This document shows, in pieces, positions 37,490 through 47,878 of a stretch of DNA of 64,000 bases (positions are counted from its first letter, which is position 1; each line of letters starts with the position of its first letter). A program made the translations under genes and the position numbers. The notes below the pieces were generated by a model that did not search any database, was not told the DNA's origin, and saw nothing but the letters and a program-made list of their open reading frames with translations. The stretch comes from Alphaproteobacteria bacterium (lineage in GTDB: Bacteria > Pseudomonadota > Alphaproteobacteria > UBA828), in NCBI GenBank assembly GCA_965214705.1, contig CBDCCI010000002.1, positions 1,856,001 to 1,920,000 on the forward strand. Direction: 5' to 3'.

Positions 37490-38325
37490 TAGGTGAGATA
37501 GAGGTCGCGCAGCCGCAGGGTCACCGGGCCCGGCTCCCCAGTGCCGACCGGCTGACCGTCGATGCGAACGATGGCCCGGACGAAGGACGTGGTGCTGGTG
37601 AGGAAGGCCTCAGGCGCGGCCTGCGCCTCGGCCAGCGTGAACGGACGTTCGTCGACCTCGATCCCTGCCTCGCGAGCCAGTCGGAGCACCGTCTGGCGGG
37701 TTATGCCGCCGAGGATGTTCGATTCGAGGTCGCGAGTCACCACGCGGCCGGCACCGTCGACGATCCAGGCGTTGGTCGAGGAGCCCTCAGTGACCCTGCC
37801 TTGCGGATCGATGAACCAGGCCTCGTAGGCGCCCTGCTCGCGCGCCTCCTGCTTGGCCAGGACGTTGGGAAGCAGGGAGACCGACTTGACGTCGCAGCGG
37901 CCCCAGCGACCGTCCAGAATCGAGACCACTTCGGCACCGCGATCTGCCTCCGCGGTCTCGGGCCATTGAACCGAACGCGCGGTGAGAACAACGGCGCCCT
38001 CGGCATCTTCTGGGAAAGGATGATCCCGCGCTGCGGCGCCGCGCGTGACCTGCAGGTAGACCATGCCGTCCTTCACCCGATTGCGGCGCAGCACCTCGCG
38101 GGTCACCAGCTTGAGCGCGTTGCGCGGGATTGGCAGGTCCATCCTCAGCTCGCGAAGCGAGCGCTCCAGCCGATCCAGGTGTGGCTCTTCGTCGATCACG
38201 CGGCCGCCGAAGACCGCCGCGACTTCGTAGACCCCATCCGAGAACTGGTATCCCCGGTCTTCGACGTGGACGTGCGCCAGGTCGTGGCGCACATAGCAGC
38301 CGTTCACGTAAGCGATGCGGGACAT
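37462..38325 (-). CDS. dat: D-amino-acid transaminase (class IV)
   Basis: EDRGYQFSDGVYE, DVKSVSLL, EGSSTN and ILGGITR motifs. Confidence 0.88.
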   Translation of the reverse strand: MSRIAYVNGCYVRHDLAHVHVEDRGYQFSDGVYEVAAVFGGRVIDEEPHLDRLERSLRELRMDLPIPRNALKLVTREVLRRNRVKDGMVYLQVTRGAAARDHPFPEDAEGAVVLTARSVQWPETAEADRGAEVVSILDGRWGRCDVKSVSLLPNVLAKQEAREQGAYEAWFIDPQGRVTEGSSTNAWIVDGAGRVVTRDLESNILGGITRQTVLRLAREAGIEVDERPFTLAEAQAAPEAFLTSTTSFVRAIVRIDGQPVGTGEPGPVTLRLRDLYLTYCRGGLANQ

Positions 38326-38337
38326 ACGTGCCTCCGG

Positions 38338-39714
38338 TCAGAAGAACTCCAGGCGCACGGCGAACATCTGCTCGATCTTCTTCACCGCGCGCGCCGCCGT
38401 CAGCATCACGACCCGGTCATGCTCCTGAACGACCGTCTGCGGGCGCGGAATGATGACATCGTCGCCGCGCACGATCGCGCCGACGATGATTCCGGTGGGC
38501 AGCTTGGTCTCCATGAGTGGTTGGCCGACGATGGGAGACGTCCCGAGAGCTTCGGCCTCGATGATTTCGGCGGCGCCGTCCCGGATCGAATGCACAGCCA
38601 AAATACGGCCGCGTCGGATGCGCTGCAGGATGGTCGAGACCGTCGACTCTCGCGGGCTTACCGCAACGTCGACACCGAGGCTCCCCATCAGCGGCCCATA
38701 GCTGGAATTGTTGACAAGCGAGATTGCGGTCCTGCAGCCGGCCCGCTTCGCCAGCAGCGCCGCCAGGATATTCACTTCGTCGTCGTTGGAGACCGCGATC
38801 ACCGCCTCGGCGAGTCCGATATTGATTTCGATGAAAATCTCGGGGTCCAGCGCATCGCCGCCGATGATGGTGGCCCGGGTGAGCCGCTCGGCCAGATAGC
38901 GCGCACGCTCCGGTAGCAACTCGACAATCTTTACGTCCAGTCCTGGATGAGTCTCCTCCAGCTCCTGCGTCAGGAAGTAGCCGATGTTGCCGCCACCAAT
39001 GATCACGACCCGGCGCGCCTCCGGCTCCTCGTGCCCGAACACGGCCATGCCACGCGCAACGTGCTCCGAGTCCACCGCGAAATAGACTTCGTCCCCGATA
39101 AGCATCTGGTCGTCGCCGCGCGGCACGATGAGCCGCGAATCCCGGCTGATCGCAAGCACCATGATGTTGAGTTCGGGAAAGAGCTCGGTGAGCTGGCGGA
39201 GCGGTGTATTGATGATGGGACAGCCTTCCTCGCAGCGCACCGCAATCACGCGCAAGCGCCCGCCGCCGAACGGCAGCATGTCGAGGGCACCCGGTACTTG
39301 AAGCCGGCGTTCGATGGCACGGGCGACCTCGATCTCGGGCGAGATGATCAGGTCGATCGGCATATGGTCGCGGCTGTAGAGCTCGGCCCAAGCCGGGTTC
39401 AGGTAGCTCTGTTGCCTCACTCGCGCGATCTTTTCGGGTACGTCGAAGAGGGAATGGGCAACCTGGCAGGCCACCATGTTGACCTCGTCCGAGTGGGTCA
39501 CGGCAACGATCATCTCGGCGGTCTTGGCACCTGCCTCTTCGAGCACGTCGGGGAGCGATGCGTTGCCGACGATCGCCCGCGCGTCCACCGTGTCGGACAA
39601 GCGCTGCACGACCGCCCGGTCGCTGTCGATCACGGTCACGTCGTTCGCCTCGTTGGCAAGCTGGCGCGCGATGTTGGCGCCGACCTGGCCGGCGCCGCAG
39701 ACGATGACCTTCAT
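38338..39714 (-). CDS. trkA: Trk potassium uptake protein TrkA
   Basis: Two RCK domains (GAGQVG, GGGNIG); start overlaps the ntrX stop. Confidence 0.93.
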   Translation of the reverse strand: MKVIVCGAGQVGANIARQLANEANDVTVIDSDRAVVQRLSDTVDARAIVGNASLPDVLEEAGAKTAEMIVAVTHSDEVNMVACQVAHSLFDVPEKIARVRQQSYLNPAWAELYSRDHMPIDLIISPEIEVARAIERRLQVPGALDMLPFGGGRLRVIAVRCEEGCPIINTPLRQLTELFPELNIMVLAISRDSRLIVPRGDDQMLIGDEVYFAVDSEHVARGMAVFGHEEPEARRVVIIGGGNIGYFLTQELEETHPGLDVKIVELLPERARYLAERLTRATIIGGDALDPEIFIEINIGLAEAVIAVSNDDEVNILAALLAKRAGCRTAISLVNNSSYGPLMGSLGVDVAVSPRESTVSTILQRIRRGRILAVHSIRDGAAEIIEAEALGTSPIVGQPLMETKLPTGIIVGAIVRGDDVIIPRPQTVVQEHDRVVMLTAARAVKKIEQMFAVRLEFF

Positions 39715-41174
39715 GGGCTGTTCGGCTTGTCGGTGCTGGCGGGGCTCGTCTCCGCACCTCCCTTCCCGTCTCCCCCGTGCGCATCGTGCTCTCGGTCCAG
39801 CACTCCCAGCGAACGCAGCTTGCGATGCAGCGCCGAGCGCTCCATGCCGACGAACTGAGCGGTGCGCGAGATATTGCCGCCGAATCGTTTGATTTGAGCG
39901 TGTAGATAGTTTCGCTCGAACTGCCGTCGGGCGTCGCGCAAAGATAGCGCCATCAGGTCGCCCTGGCTTGAGAGCGCCTGTGCCGCCCCAGGCCTCGGCC
40001 TGAGGGCTGCCCGGATCATCTCCGCGCCAATCGGCCCGTTGGCGGGCATCGGTGCCATGATGAGTAGCCATTCCACGAAGTTGCGGAGCTGACGCACGTT
40101 GCCCGGCCAATCGAACGACTGCAGCATCGCGGTCCCGTCGCTACCAATCTCGCGCGGCGACACCCCGGCACTGTCTGCCGCCCGACGAATGAAGAAGTTT
40201 GCCAACTCGGGAATATCCTCCCGGCGGTCTCGGAGCGCCGGCACCTCGATGGGCGTGACCAATAATCGGTAGTAGAGGTCTTCACGAAAGCGCCCCTGCT
40301 CTATCTCATTCTCCATGTCCCGCGTCGTCGCCGCCATCACGCGGATATCGACCTCGATCCGCTGCGAGCCACCTTCCCGCTCGAACGTGTGCGCCTGCAG
40401 GGCACGCGCTATCTTGCCCTGAGTTTCAAGGGGCATGTCGGCGATCTCATCGAAGAAGAGCGTGCCGCGGTGGGCGCGCTCAAACGTGCCAATCTTGCGT
40501 GAATCGGCGGCGGCAACCCCGTTTCCCTCGCTGCCGAACAGCTCCAACTCCACACGGTCGGGCCTCATCATCGCTGCGTTGGCTACGACAAACGGTCCCG
40601 ACGAGCGGCACGAGCGGCTGTGGATCAGGCGCGCGAGCACCTCCTTTCCCGCCCCGGCGGGGCCGGTAATAAAGACTCGTCTGTCGGTTGGCGCCGCGCG
40701 CTCCGCAACCGTTCGAATCTGCTTGATTGCCGGCGAAGAACCGATCAGTTCCGTCGTTTCGCCGGCGCGCAGCTTCAACTCGGCGACCTCCCGCCTTAGT
40801 TCGGCTGCCTCAAGGGCGCGCGCGACCGTAATGAGCAGCCGATCGCTGTCGAGCGGCTTCTCGATGAATTCGTAAGCCCCCTTCTTGATGGCGGCGACGG
40901 CGGTATCGATAGTGCTGTGTCCGCTGATCATGATGACGGGCACTTCGGGATGCCGGTGCATAACCCCGTCCAGAACGTCCATTCCGTCGAGCTCGCTTCC
41001 CTCCAGCCAGACGTCGAGGATGACGAGTGACGGCAGTGGTCCGGAATCGATTGCCTCGATTGCGGCAGCACCATCGGCGGCATCACGCGGCGTATACCCG
41101 CCGTCCTCCAGGATCCCGGCAATGGATTTGCGGACGTAGGGTTCGTCGTCGACGATCAGAATATCGTGGGCCAT
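39711..41174 (-). CDS. ntrX: Response regulator NtrX
   Basis: Receiver + AAA (no GAFTGA) + GMERSALHRKL HTH; follows ntrY. Confidence 0.9.
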   Translation of the reverse strand: MAHDILIVDDEPYVRKSIAGILEDGGYTPRDAADGAAAIEAIDSGPLPSLVILDVWLEGSELDGMDVLDGVMHRHPEVPVIMISGHSTIDTAVAAIKKGAYEFIEKPLDSDRLLITVARALEAAELRREVAELKLRAGETTELIGSSPAIKQIRTVAERAAPTDRRVFITGPAGAGKEVLARLIHSRSCRSSGPFVVANAAMMRPDRVELELFGSEGNGVAAADSRKIGTFERAHRGTLFFDEIADMPLETQGKIARALQAHTFEREGGSQRIEVDIRVMAATTRDMENEIEQGRFREDLYYRLLVTPIEVPALRDRREDIPELANFFIRRAADSAGVSPREIGSDGTAMLQSFDWPGNVRQLRNFVEWLLIMAPMPANGPIGAEMIRAALRPRPGAAQALSSQGDLMALSLRDARRQFERNYLHAQIKRFGGNISRTAQFVGMERSALHRKLRSLGVLDREHDAHGGDGKGGAETSPASTDKPNSP

Positions 41175-43438
41175 TGGCTCTCACCCCTCGCCGGCAAGGA
41201 GGGCTCCGTCCCGGCCGCGGCGAAGACGAGCGTGACACGGGCTCCGCCTTCGGCCTCGTTCTCGAGGATCAACCGGCCACCGTGATCCTCCATGATCCTT
41301 CGCACGATGGCGAGGCCGAGGCCCGTGCCATCGGCGCGGTTCGTGACGTAGGGTTCCGTCAATCTGTCGCGCAGCTCGGCGGGTAGCCCCGGACCGTTGT
41401 CCTCGACCTCCACCCGCCAGTGCCGGTCGACTTCACCCACGCGAATGACGATGTGCCCTGGTGGACCGGCGTCGGGTGCTCGGCTCTCGATCGCTTCGAC
41501 GGCATTCTTCAGCACGTTAGTAAGCGCCCGGCCAATCTGGTGTACGTCGCAGTTGAGGTGAACGTCGTCGTCGGGACGCTCGATTTTGATGGCGATCTCG
41601 GGGTTCGCCAGACGGTGCAGGGCGACCGCTTGCTCGACGATGCCCGTCAGCTCCGCCCGTTCGATCACGGGCGCCGGCATCCGCGCAAACGACGAGAATG
41701 CGTCGATCATTTGGCGTATGTCGCCGACCTGACGGACGATGATGTCGGTGCAGTCCTCGAACACTTCCGGTTCGGTGCTGATCTCGCCGAGATATCGACG
41801 CTTCAGCCGCTGGGCGGAGAGTTGGATTGGGGTCAGAGGATTCTTGATCTCGTGGGCGATGCGCTGGGCGACGTCGGCCCACGCCGCCCGCCGCTGCGCC
41901 GACACCAGAGCGGAGATGTCGTCGAAGGTAACGACGAAGCCGTCAATCTCTTGGCCATCACGTTCGGTCACGATACGCACGAGCAAGGTGCGGCGGCGCT
42001 CGCCGCGAACCAATTCGACCTGATCCTCGACCAAGGGCTGGGGCTGCGTTCGCGCCTGGGTCAGCAGGTCGGCCATTTCCGGGATTGCCTCTTGGAACGC
42101 CTGGCTGGAGAGGTCATCTTGCCTCGCGTCCAGCAACGCAAGAGCTGACGGGTTGGGCAGCGTGATCAGCCCGTCCGCGTCCAGGCCGATGACGCCGGCG
42201 GAGACGCCGGCAAGCACCGCCTCGGTGAAGCGCCGCCTTTCGTCCAGTTGCAGGTTGGCGTCTTGCAGCTCCTGCTGCTGGCTGTGGATTTGACCGGTCA
42301 TCCGATTGAAGGCGCGGCTGAGGGAGCCCATTTCGTCGTCTTGCGGGGGTTCATCGACACGCGCTGCAAGCTCGCCGGCGCGAACCCGGTCCGCGGCAGC
42401 GATGAGGCCGCCGATCGGATGGGCGATGCGGTTTGCGAATTGGAGCCCGAGCCACACCGCTGAGAGCAGGACAAGAAGAGCGACCAGGATGAAAATCATC
42501 ACGAACGTGATTTGGATGCCGTAGCGCTCATCCTCGAGGCGCTGGTAATCCCTCGTCACGGCCTGGATTTGGCGGGTGTGAGCGATCACGTCTCGTTGCA
42601 GCGACCGGGCCACATAGAGGTAGCTGTCGATGAATCCGCCGAGCTTGATCAGCGCACGCACGCGGTCGTCCTCGGCCGGAAGGATCACGAGGCGCCCCTC
42701 GGCTGCGGCATTCATGGCCCATTCGGGCACGGGATCGATCACAGCAGCGAGGCCCAGGTCGCTGCGGGCCAAGATATCCCCGTTGCGGCGGAGAATAACC
42801 GCGTCGGTAAGCGAGAGCGCGTTGGCAGTGTCGTTCAGGAGTCGCGGCATGAGCTGAGGGCGTCGTGCAAGATGAACGGCCTGACCGTTGAGCTGCATGG
42901 CCGCAGCCAGGGTGCTGATGCGAATGCTGTCGCCCTGCTCCTGCACATAGGTCTGCGCGACGACCAGAGAACGGTTGAGAGCAGTCGAGACCTTCTCGCT
43001 GAACCAGGACTGCATCCCGAAGTGGAGAAAGAGTGCCGAGAACACGGCGACGACGATGGTCGGCGTCAAAGCCACGAGGCTGAACAGCGCCGCCATGCGG
43101 ATATGCATGCGCGCGCCTGCTGCCCCGCGGCGGCGCTCCATCCAGAGCTTCACCAGCTGCGAAGCGACCAACGCACCGAGCAGCAGCAGCAACACCAGGT
43201 CGATGTTGAGGAGAATCAGGATGGTCTGGGGCTCGGGGCCGAACGGCGCCGATCCGCTCATCGTGGCGTAGGTGATCGCACCGCAAATCACCGCGGCGCA
43301 GGCCAGCCCGATGGCGAGCCAGCGCCGCACATCGGGACGCTGCAACCACGACACGAAACGCTGGCGCAACGCGCTGCCCGCCGGGCGCGGGTCCGCGCTT
43401 GCGGCGGCCTCGGTTCGGATCAGCGCCTCGTCAGCCAT
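41156..43438 (-). CDS. ntrY: Sensor histidine kinase NtrY
   Basis: TM-HAMP-PAS-HisKA layout with AHEIKNPLTPIQLSA. Confidence 0.92.
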   Translation of the reverse strand: MADEALIRTEAAASADPRPAGSALRQRFVSWLQRPDVRRWLAIGLACAAVICGAITYATMSGSAPFGPEPQTILILLNIDLVLLLLLGALVASQLVKLWMERRRGAAGARMHIRMAALFSLVALTPTIVVAVFSALFLHFGMQSWFSEKVSTALNRSLVVAQTYVQEQGDSIRISTLAAAMQLNGQAVHLARRPQLMPRLLNDTANALSLTDAVILRRNGDILARSDLGLAAVIDPVPEWAMNAAAEGRLVILPAEDDRVRALIKLGGFIDSYLYVARSLQRDVIAHTRQIQAVTRDYQRLEDERYGIQITFVMIFILVALLVLLSAVWLGLQFANRIAHPIGGLIAAADRVRAGELAARVDEPPQDDEMGSLSRAFNRMTGQIHSQQQELQDANLQLDERRRFTEAVLAGVSAGVIGLDADGLITLPNPSALALLDARQDDLSSQAFQEAIPEMADLLTQARTQPQPLVEDQVELVRGERRRTLLVRIVTERDGQEIDGFVVTFDDISALVSAQRRAAWADVAQRIAHEIKNPLTPIQLSAQRLKRRYLGEISTEPEVFEDCTDIIVRQVGDIRQMIDAFSSFARMPAPVIERAELTGIVEQAVALHRLANPEIAIKIERPDDDVHLNCDVHQIGRALTNVLKNAVEAIESRAPDAGPPGHIVIRVGEVDRHWRVEVEDNGPGLPAELRDRLTEPYVTNRADGTGLGLAIVRRIMEDHGGRLILENEAEGGARVTLVFAAAGTEPSLPARGESQWPTIF

Positions 43439-43471
43439 CGCCCCTGTCGCTTGCCTGACCGCCGACCAAGC

Positions 43472-43816
43472 TCAGCTATCGGCCTCGCCGCCGTGCGGGC
43501 CGTAGAACACGACCCACACGTAAAGGTCGTCGCTGAAGTCCTCGAATACGTGCGATACGCCGGCGGGCACGAACAGCACGTCGCCGGGCTGGAAGGGATG
43601 GCTCACTGGCCCGTTACGAAAGGTCCCCCGGCCGCTCATGACCACGTAGACCTCGTCCTGGTCGTGGGGCTGCTGCGGGTCGGTGCCACGCGGCGCGTAG
43701 AGTCCGACACGGAGCGTCCCGCGTGAGATCAGCTCGGCCCAGGGCCTGCCGCCCGCCGGAACCTCGGCGAGGGCCGCCACCGCCTGGGCCAACGTGACCT
43801 GGCCCGGAGCATTCAT
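43472..43816 (-). CDS. Cupin domain protein
   Basis: QQPHDQDEVY and PGDVLFVPAGVSH motifs. Confidence 0.85.
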   Translation of the reverse strand: MNAPGQVTLAQAVAALAEVPAGGRPWAELISRGTLRVGLYAPRGTDPQQPHDQDEVYVVMSGRGTFRNGPVSHPFQPGDVLFVPAGVSHVFEDFSDDLYVWVVFYGPHGGEADS

Positions 43817-43838
43817 CGGGTTCTCCCTATTGCAGTCT

Positions 43839-44243
43839 TCAGCCGTCGTCCCAGACCCAGGCGATCTGCTCGGTGTCCTCGTACGCCTGCCAATGCACGA
43901 TGGCGCCGTCCACGATGCGGAAGTGCCAGGCCGTCTCTTGATGAAGGAGACGTCCGGTGTTCTTGGCAGCCGACGTCTCGTCGATGAGCACCATCACGTG
44001 CTCGCCCTCGCCGAACATCAGATTCACCGTGTGGTCGCGGATGTCCAGCAGGGCCCCGATCGCCTGGAAGCATTGCTTGATGGGCTCGCGCCCTCGCCAG
44101 CGGCCCGCCCACGCGACCTTGAACGAGCCCGGCAGGACCACCACCGCGTCCTCGGCAAGCAGGCTCATCATGGTCTGGCCGTCGCCGCCCTTGATCGCAT
44201 CCAGGAACTGCTGAACGACCCTCTTCGGTTCGTCGTCTGCCAT
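43839..44243 (-). CDS. SnoaL/NTF2-like protein
   Basis: LLAEDAV...GRWRGRE...DGAIV...YEDT pattern. Confidence 0.75.
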   Translation of the reverse strand: MADDEPKRVVQQFLDAIKGGDGQTMMSLLAEDAVVVLPGSFKVAWAGRWRGREPIKQCFQAIGALLDIRDHTVNLMFGEGEHVMVLIDETSAAKNTGRLLHQETAWHFRIVDGAIVHWQAYEDTEQIAWVWDDG

Positions 44244-44481
44244 GATCATCTGCTCCCTGCCGTGGATGCTTGCCCGTCCGCCGCTCTACGCGCCGCAGGC
44301 TTTCGCCAAGAGGCGCGTGCGGTCGCGTGCGACTGCCGAAGGCTCCATTGCCACGCTCCCGGTTCGACGCAGGGGCCCCCTGCCCTCACCGGCCATATGG
44401 TGACGCCCACTCATATTGCACCCCTGCCCCGGTGCTGTATACAGGGCCGTCCTGCACTCCCGCGCCTCCGAGGTGCCGCTC

Positions 44482-44682
44482 ATGGCCAGGATTTCCGCCG
44501 ATCTCATCGCCGCCCAAGCCACGGCAGCGGGGCGCAAACCGCCGAGCCCGGAGCGCGCAGCAGCCCTCGCCGTCGCGGTGGAGCTGATGGTGCAAGCGGC
44601 CGACGACGCGGCCTCCGGGCTCGCCTTCGAAAGCGAACCCGCGCACATCGTGATCGCCATGGATGAGACGGCGGCGCGCTGA
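44482..44682 (+). CDS. Small helical protein directly upstream of amidase
   Basis: 66 aa, GAGG RBS, ends ...LAFESEPA...; 1 bp before the amidase ATG. Confidence 0.6.
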   Translation: MARISADLIAAQATAAGRKPPSPERAAALAVAVELMVQAADDAASGLAFESEPAHIVIAMDETAAR

Positions 44683-44683
44683 C

Positions 44684-46096
44684 ATGAGCGACGACATCCA
44701 CCTGTTAAGCCTGGTCGAGCTCGCCGACGCGATTGCCGCGCGGCAGCTCTCCGCCGTCGAAGTGATGACGGCAACAGTTGCCCGCGCCGAGCGACTTCAG
44801 CCGGTGCTCAACTGTTTCATCTCCCTGCAGGCGGAGGCGGCATTGGAGAGCGCGGCGGCTGCCGATGCCGCGCTTGCGCGAGGCGAGGCGCCGGGCCCGC
44901 TGCACGGCGTGCCGCTTGCCCACAAGGACATGTTCTACCGCGCGGGCCACGTCACCACTTGCGGCTCACGCATCCGCAAGGACTTCGTACCGGACCACGA
45001 CAGCACCGCCCTCGCCCGCCTCCACGGCGCCGGCGCGATCTACCTCGGCGGGCTCAACATGGCGGAGTTCGCCACCGGGCCGACCGGCCACAACGAGCAC
45101 TGGGGCGACTGCCGCAACCCCTGGAACCGGGATCACATCTCCGGCGGCTCGTCGAGCGGCTCCGGCTCTGCCGTCGCGGGCCGGGTGGTCTTCGGCGCGC
45201 TCGGCTCCGATACCGGCGGCTCGGTGCGGCTGCCGTCGGCCTGCAACGGCGTCGTCGGGCTCAAGACGACCGCCGGCCTGGTCAGCCGCCACGGGATCAT
45301 GCCGCTCTCCCACACGCTGGACACGGTGGGGCCGCTCACGCGCACCGTGCGCGACGCGGCCCGGATCGTCAGCGTGATCGCAGGCCACGACCCGCGCGAC
45401 CCCACCTCCAGCAACCGGCCCGTCCCCGACTACGATGCGGCGCTGGCGGAGGGCGTCCAGAGCCTCAGGATCGGCGTGCCGACGAGCTACTTCTACGACC
45501 TCGCCACCGACGAGGTGCGGGCGCTGATGGAACAGAGCCTCGACGTCCTGCGCGATTGCGGCGCCACGGTCGTCGAGGTCTCGGTGCCCGACATCGAGCG
45601 CATCAACAACCTCTCCAACGTGATCCTCTCCACCGAGGCGGCGGCGATCCACGAGCCTTGGCTGGTCAGCAGGCCCGAGGACTATCAGGCGCAGGTCCGC
45701 AACCGCTACGAGCCCGGCCTGCACGTGCCGGCGGTCAAGTACATCCAGGCCCTCGCCGCCCGCGCCGGGCTGCTGCGCGAGTTTGTGGATACCGCGCTCG
45801 ACGGCGTCGACGCGCTGCACACGCCGGCCATCCCCTTCCCCATCCCCACGCGGGAGGAGACGAATGTCGGCGGCGGCGACCGCATGGCCGCCATGGTCGC
45901 GGGCCTGAGCACGTGCACCCGCGCCGCCAACTACCTCGGTGGCCCCGGACTGATCGTGCCCTGCGGCTTCACCGAGAGCGACCTGCCCGCCGCCTTCCAG
46001 CTGATGGGGCGTCCGTTCTCGGAGGCGACCCTCTTCCGCCTCGGCCACGCCTACCAACAGGCGACCGACTGGCACACCCGGGCCCCCGACCTATGA
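44684..46096 (+). CDS. Amidase signature family protein
   Basis: GVPLAHKD, GGSSSGS and GSDTGGSVRLPS motifs. Confidence 0.92.
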   Translation: MSDDIHLLSLVELADAIAARQLSAVEVMTATVARAERLQPVLNCFISLQAEAALESAAAADAALARGEAPGPLHGVPLAHKDMFYRAGHVTTCGSRIRKDFVPDHDSTALARLHGAGAIYLGGLNMAEFATGPTGHNEHWGDCRNPWNRDHISGGSSSGSGSAVAGRVVFGALGSDTGGSVRLPSACNGVVGLKTTAGLVSRHGIMPLSHTLDTVGPLTRTVRDAARIVSVIAGHDPRDPTSSNRPVPDYDAALAEGVQSLRIGVPTSYFYDLATDEVRALMEQSLDVLRDCGATVVEVSVPDIERINNLSNVILSTEAAAIHEPWLVSRPEDYQAQVRNRYEPGLHVPAVKYIQALAARAGLLREFVDTALDGVDALHTPAIPFPIPTREETNVGGGDRMAAMVAGLSTCTRAANYLGGPGLIVPCGFTESDLPAAFQLMGRPFSEATLFRLGHAYQQATDWHTRAPDL

Positions 46097-46172
46097 TCCC
46101 CGGTCCACGCCGTGCGGACGGGGGGCAGTCAACACAACCCAGGAATCTCGACGGAGGGCGAAAGCGATCCCG

Positions 46173-46562
46173 ATGAAGCTACACGGTACATTTTTCTGGA
46201 ACGAGCTGATGACCGGGAGCGTCGACAAGGCGAAGGCGTTCTACGGGGAGACCCTGGGCTGGCAGTACGAGTCGCACCCGATGGCCGACGGCGGCACCTA
46301 CACGCTCTGCAAGGCCGGCGAGACCATGGCCGCCGGCATCTTCGAGATGAAGCCGGGCACGGGCTTCGACGGCGTCCCGGACCACTGGTTCTCCTACATC
46401 ACCGTGGACGATATCGACGCCCGGCTCGCAGGAGTCGAGGCGGCGGGCGGCGAGATCATGCGCCCGGCCTTCGACGTGCCCGACGTCGGTCGCTTCGCCG
46501 TGGTCAAGGACAGCGCCGGCGCCTCCATCGGCTGGGTCACCCCGTTCGAGTGCAGCGAATGA
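46173..46562 (+). CDS. VOC family protein
   Basis: WNELMT...FY...LGW and W.SYITVDD motifs. Confidence 0.88.
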   Translation: MKLHGTFFWNELMTGSVDKAKAFYGETLGWQYESHPMADGGTYTLCKAGETMAAGIFEMKPGTGFDGVPDHWFSYITVDDIDARLAGVEAAGGEIMRPAFDVPDVGRFAVVKDSAGASIGWVTPFECSE

Positions 46563-46577
46563 TCTAGGAGGCGCGCG

Positions 46578-47747
46578 ATCTACGACGCGATCGTCGTCGG
46601 CGCCCGCTGCGCGGGTGCGCCCACAGCCATGCTTCTGGCCCGCAAGGGCCACCACGTGCTGCTGCTCGACCGCGATCGCTTCCCCAGCGAGATGGGGCAA
46701 TCGACGCACCTGATTCATCCGCTGGGTGCCGCGCACCTGCGCGACTGGGGCGTACTGCCGCAGATCGCGGCGCGCGCCGAGCCCTTCACCGGGTGGCGGG
46801 TCGACCTGCACGGCACCGTGCTTGAGGGCGCGCCGCCTGCGGTGGACGGCCAGACCGAGTCCTACGGCCCCCGACGGCAGCTACTCGACGGAACGCTGGC
46901 GGAGGAGGCGGTCGCCGCCGGCGCGGAGTTCCGCGACGGCACGCGCGTGGTGGATCTGGTCGAGGATGGCGGCACGGTTGTCGGCGTCGTGACCTTGGGC
47001 CAGGACGGCAGGCGGCAAACCGAGCGCGCGCGCCTGGTCATCGGCGCGGACGGGCCCGCCTCGGTCGTCGCGCGCTGTACCGGCGCGAAAGAGTCCCTGT
47101 GCGAGCCGGTCGTGCAGAGCAACATCTGGAGCTATTGGGAGGGCATCCCGCTCGACCACGTCCGGCTCTACATCCGAGAGCACAAGGGAGCCTTCGCCTT
47201 CCCCGCGAGCGACGGCACCGTGCTGGTCGCCGCCAACCTGATGCACGACGAGTTCGTGGCCGCCCGCCGGGATCGCGAGGCAGCGTTCCACGCGAGGCTC
47301 GACGAGGTCGCACCGGACCTTCGCGAACTGCTGCCCGGTGCCAAGCGGGTCGAGGGCTTCCACGCCGGCTGCACGCGGGCCTTCGTGCGCGAGGCGGCCG
47401 GCCCCGGCTGGGCCCTGGTCGGCGATGCGGGCATGAAGAAGGACCCGGTGACCGCGCAGGGCATCTCGACCGCGTTCCGCTGCGCCGAGATGCTGGCCGA
47501 GGCCGCCGACGACGGGCTCAACGGCCGGCGCCCGCTCGAGGACGCGCTCACGGCCTACGGCGAGGCGCGCGACAAGTGGCTGCTGCCCTACTACCATTTC
47601 ACCGCCCAGCTCGCCCGCTTCGCCAGGCCGACGGAGACGCTGGCGGCCTACTACCGCGCCATCCAGCCCGACCCGGCCGCGACCGCCCGCCTCTTCGGTT
47701 GCGTCGCCCTCACCCACTCACCCGACGAAGTGCTGCCGCAGGCTTAG
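46578..47747 (+). CDS. FAD-dependent oxidoreductase with apparent ATC start
   Basis: (M)YDAIVVGARCAG dinucleotide motif lies upstream of the first ATG; GADG and LVGDAG motifs; AGGAGG 6 nt before ATC. Confidence 0.8.
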   Translation: MYDAIVVGARCAGAPTAMLLARKGHHVLLLDRDRFPSEMGQSTHLIHPLGAAHLRDWGVLPQIAARAEPFTGWRVDLHGTVLEGAPPAVDGQTESYGPRRQLLDGTLAEEAVAAGAEFRDGTRVVDLVEDGGTVVGVVTLGQDGRRQTERARLVIGADGPASVVARCTGAKESLCEPVVQSNIWSYWEGIPLDHVRLYIREHKGAFAFPASDGTVLVAANLMHDEFVAARRDREAAFHARLDEVAPDLRELLPGAKRVEGFHAGCTRAFVREAAGPGWALVGDAGMKKDPVTAQGISTAFRCAEMLAEAADDGLNGRRPLEDALTAYGEARDKWLLPYYHFTAQLARFARPTETLAAYYRAIQPDPAATARLFGCVALTHSPDEVLPQA

Positions 47748-47878
47748 TCCGGTTCCGTCGTCACGCTCGTGGCCTCGACCCAATGTGGGCCGTGACCGCA
47801 ATTGGAAATCCAGGCTAGTCTACGCGGCGCCAAGAGCAGCCGCTCCCTCGAGCGGCGGGCGAAGGACGGCAGGCGGAC

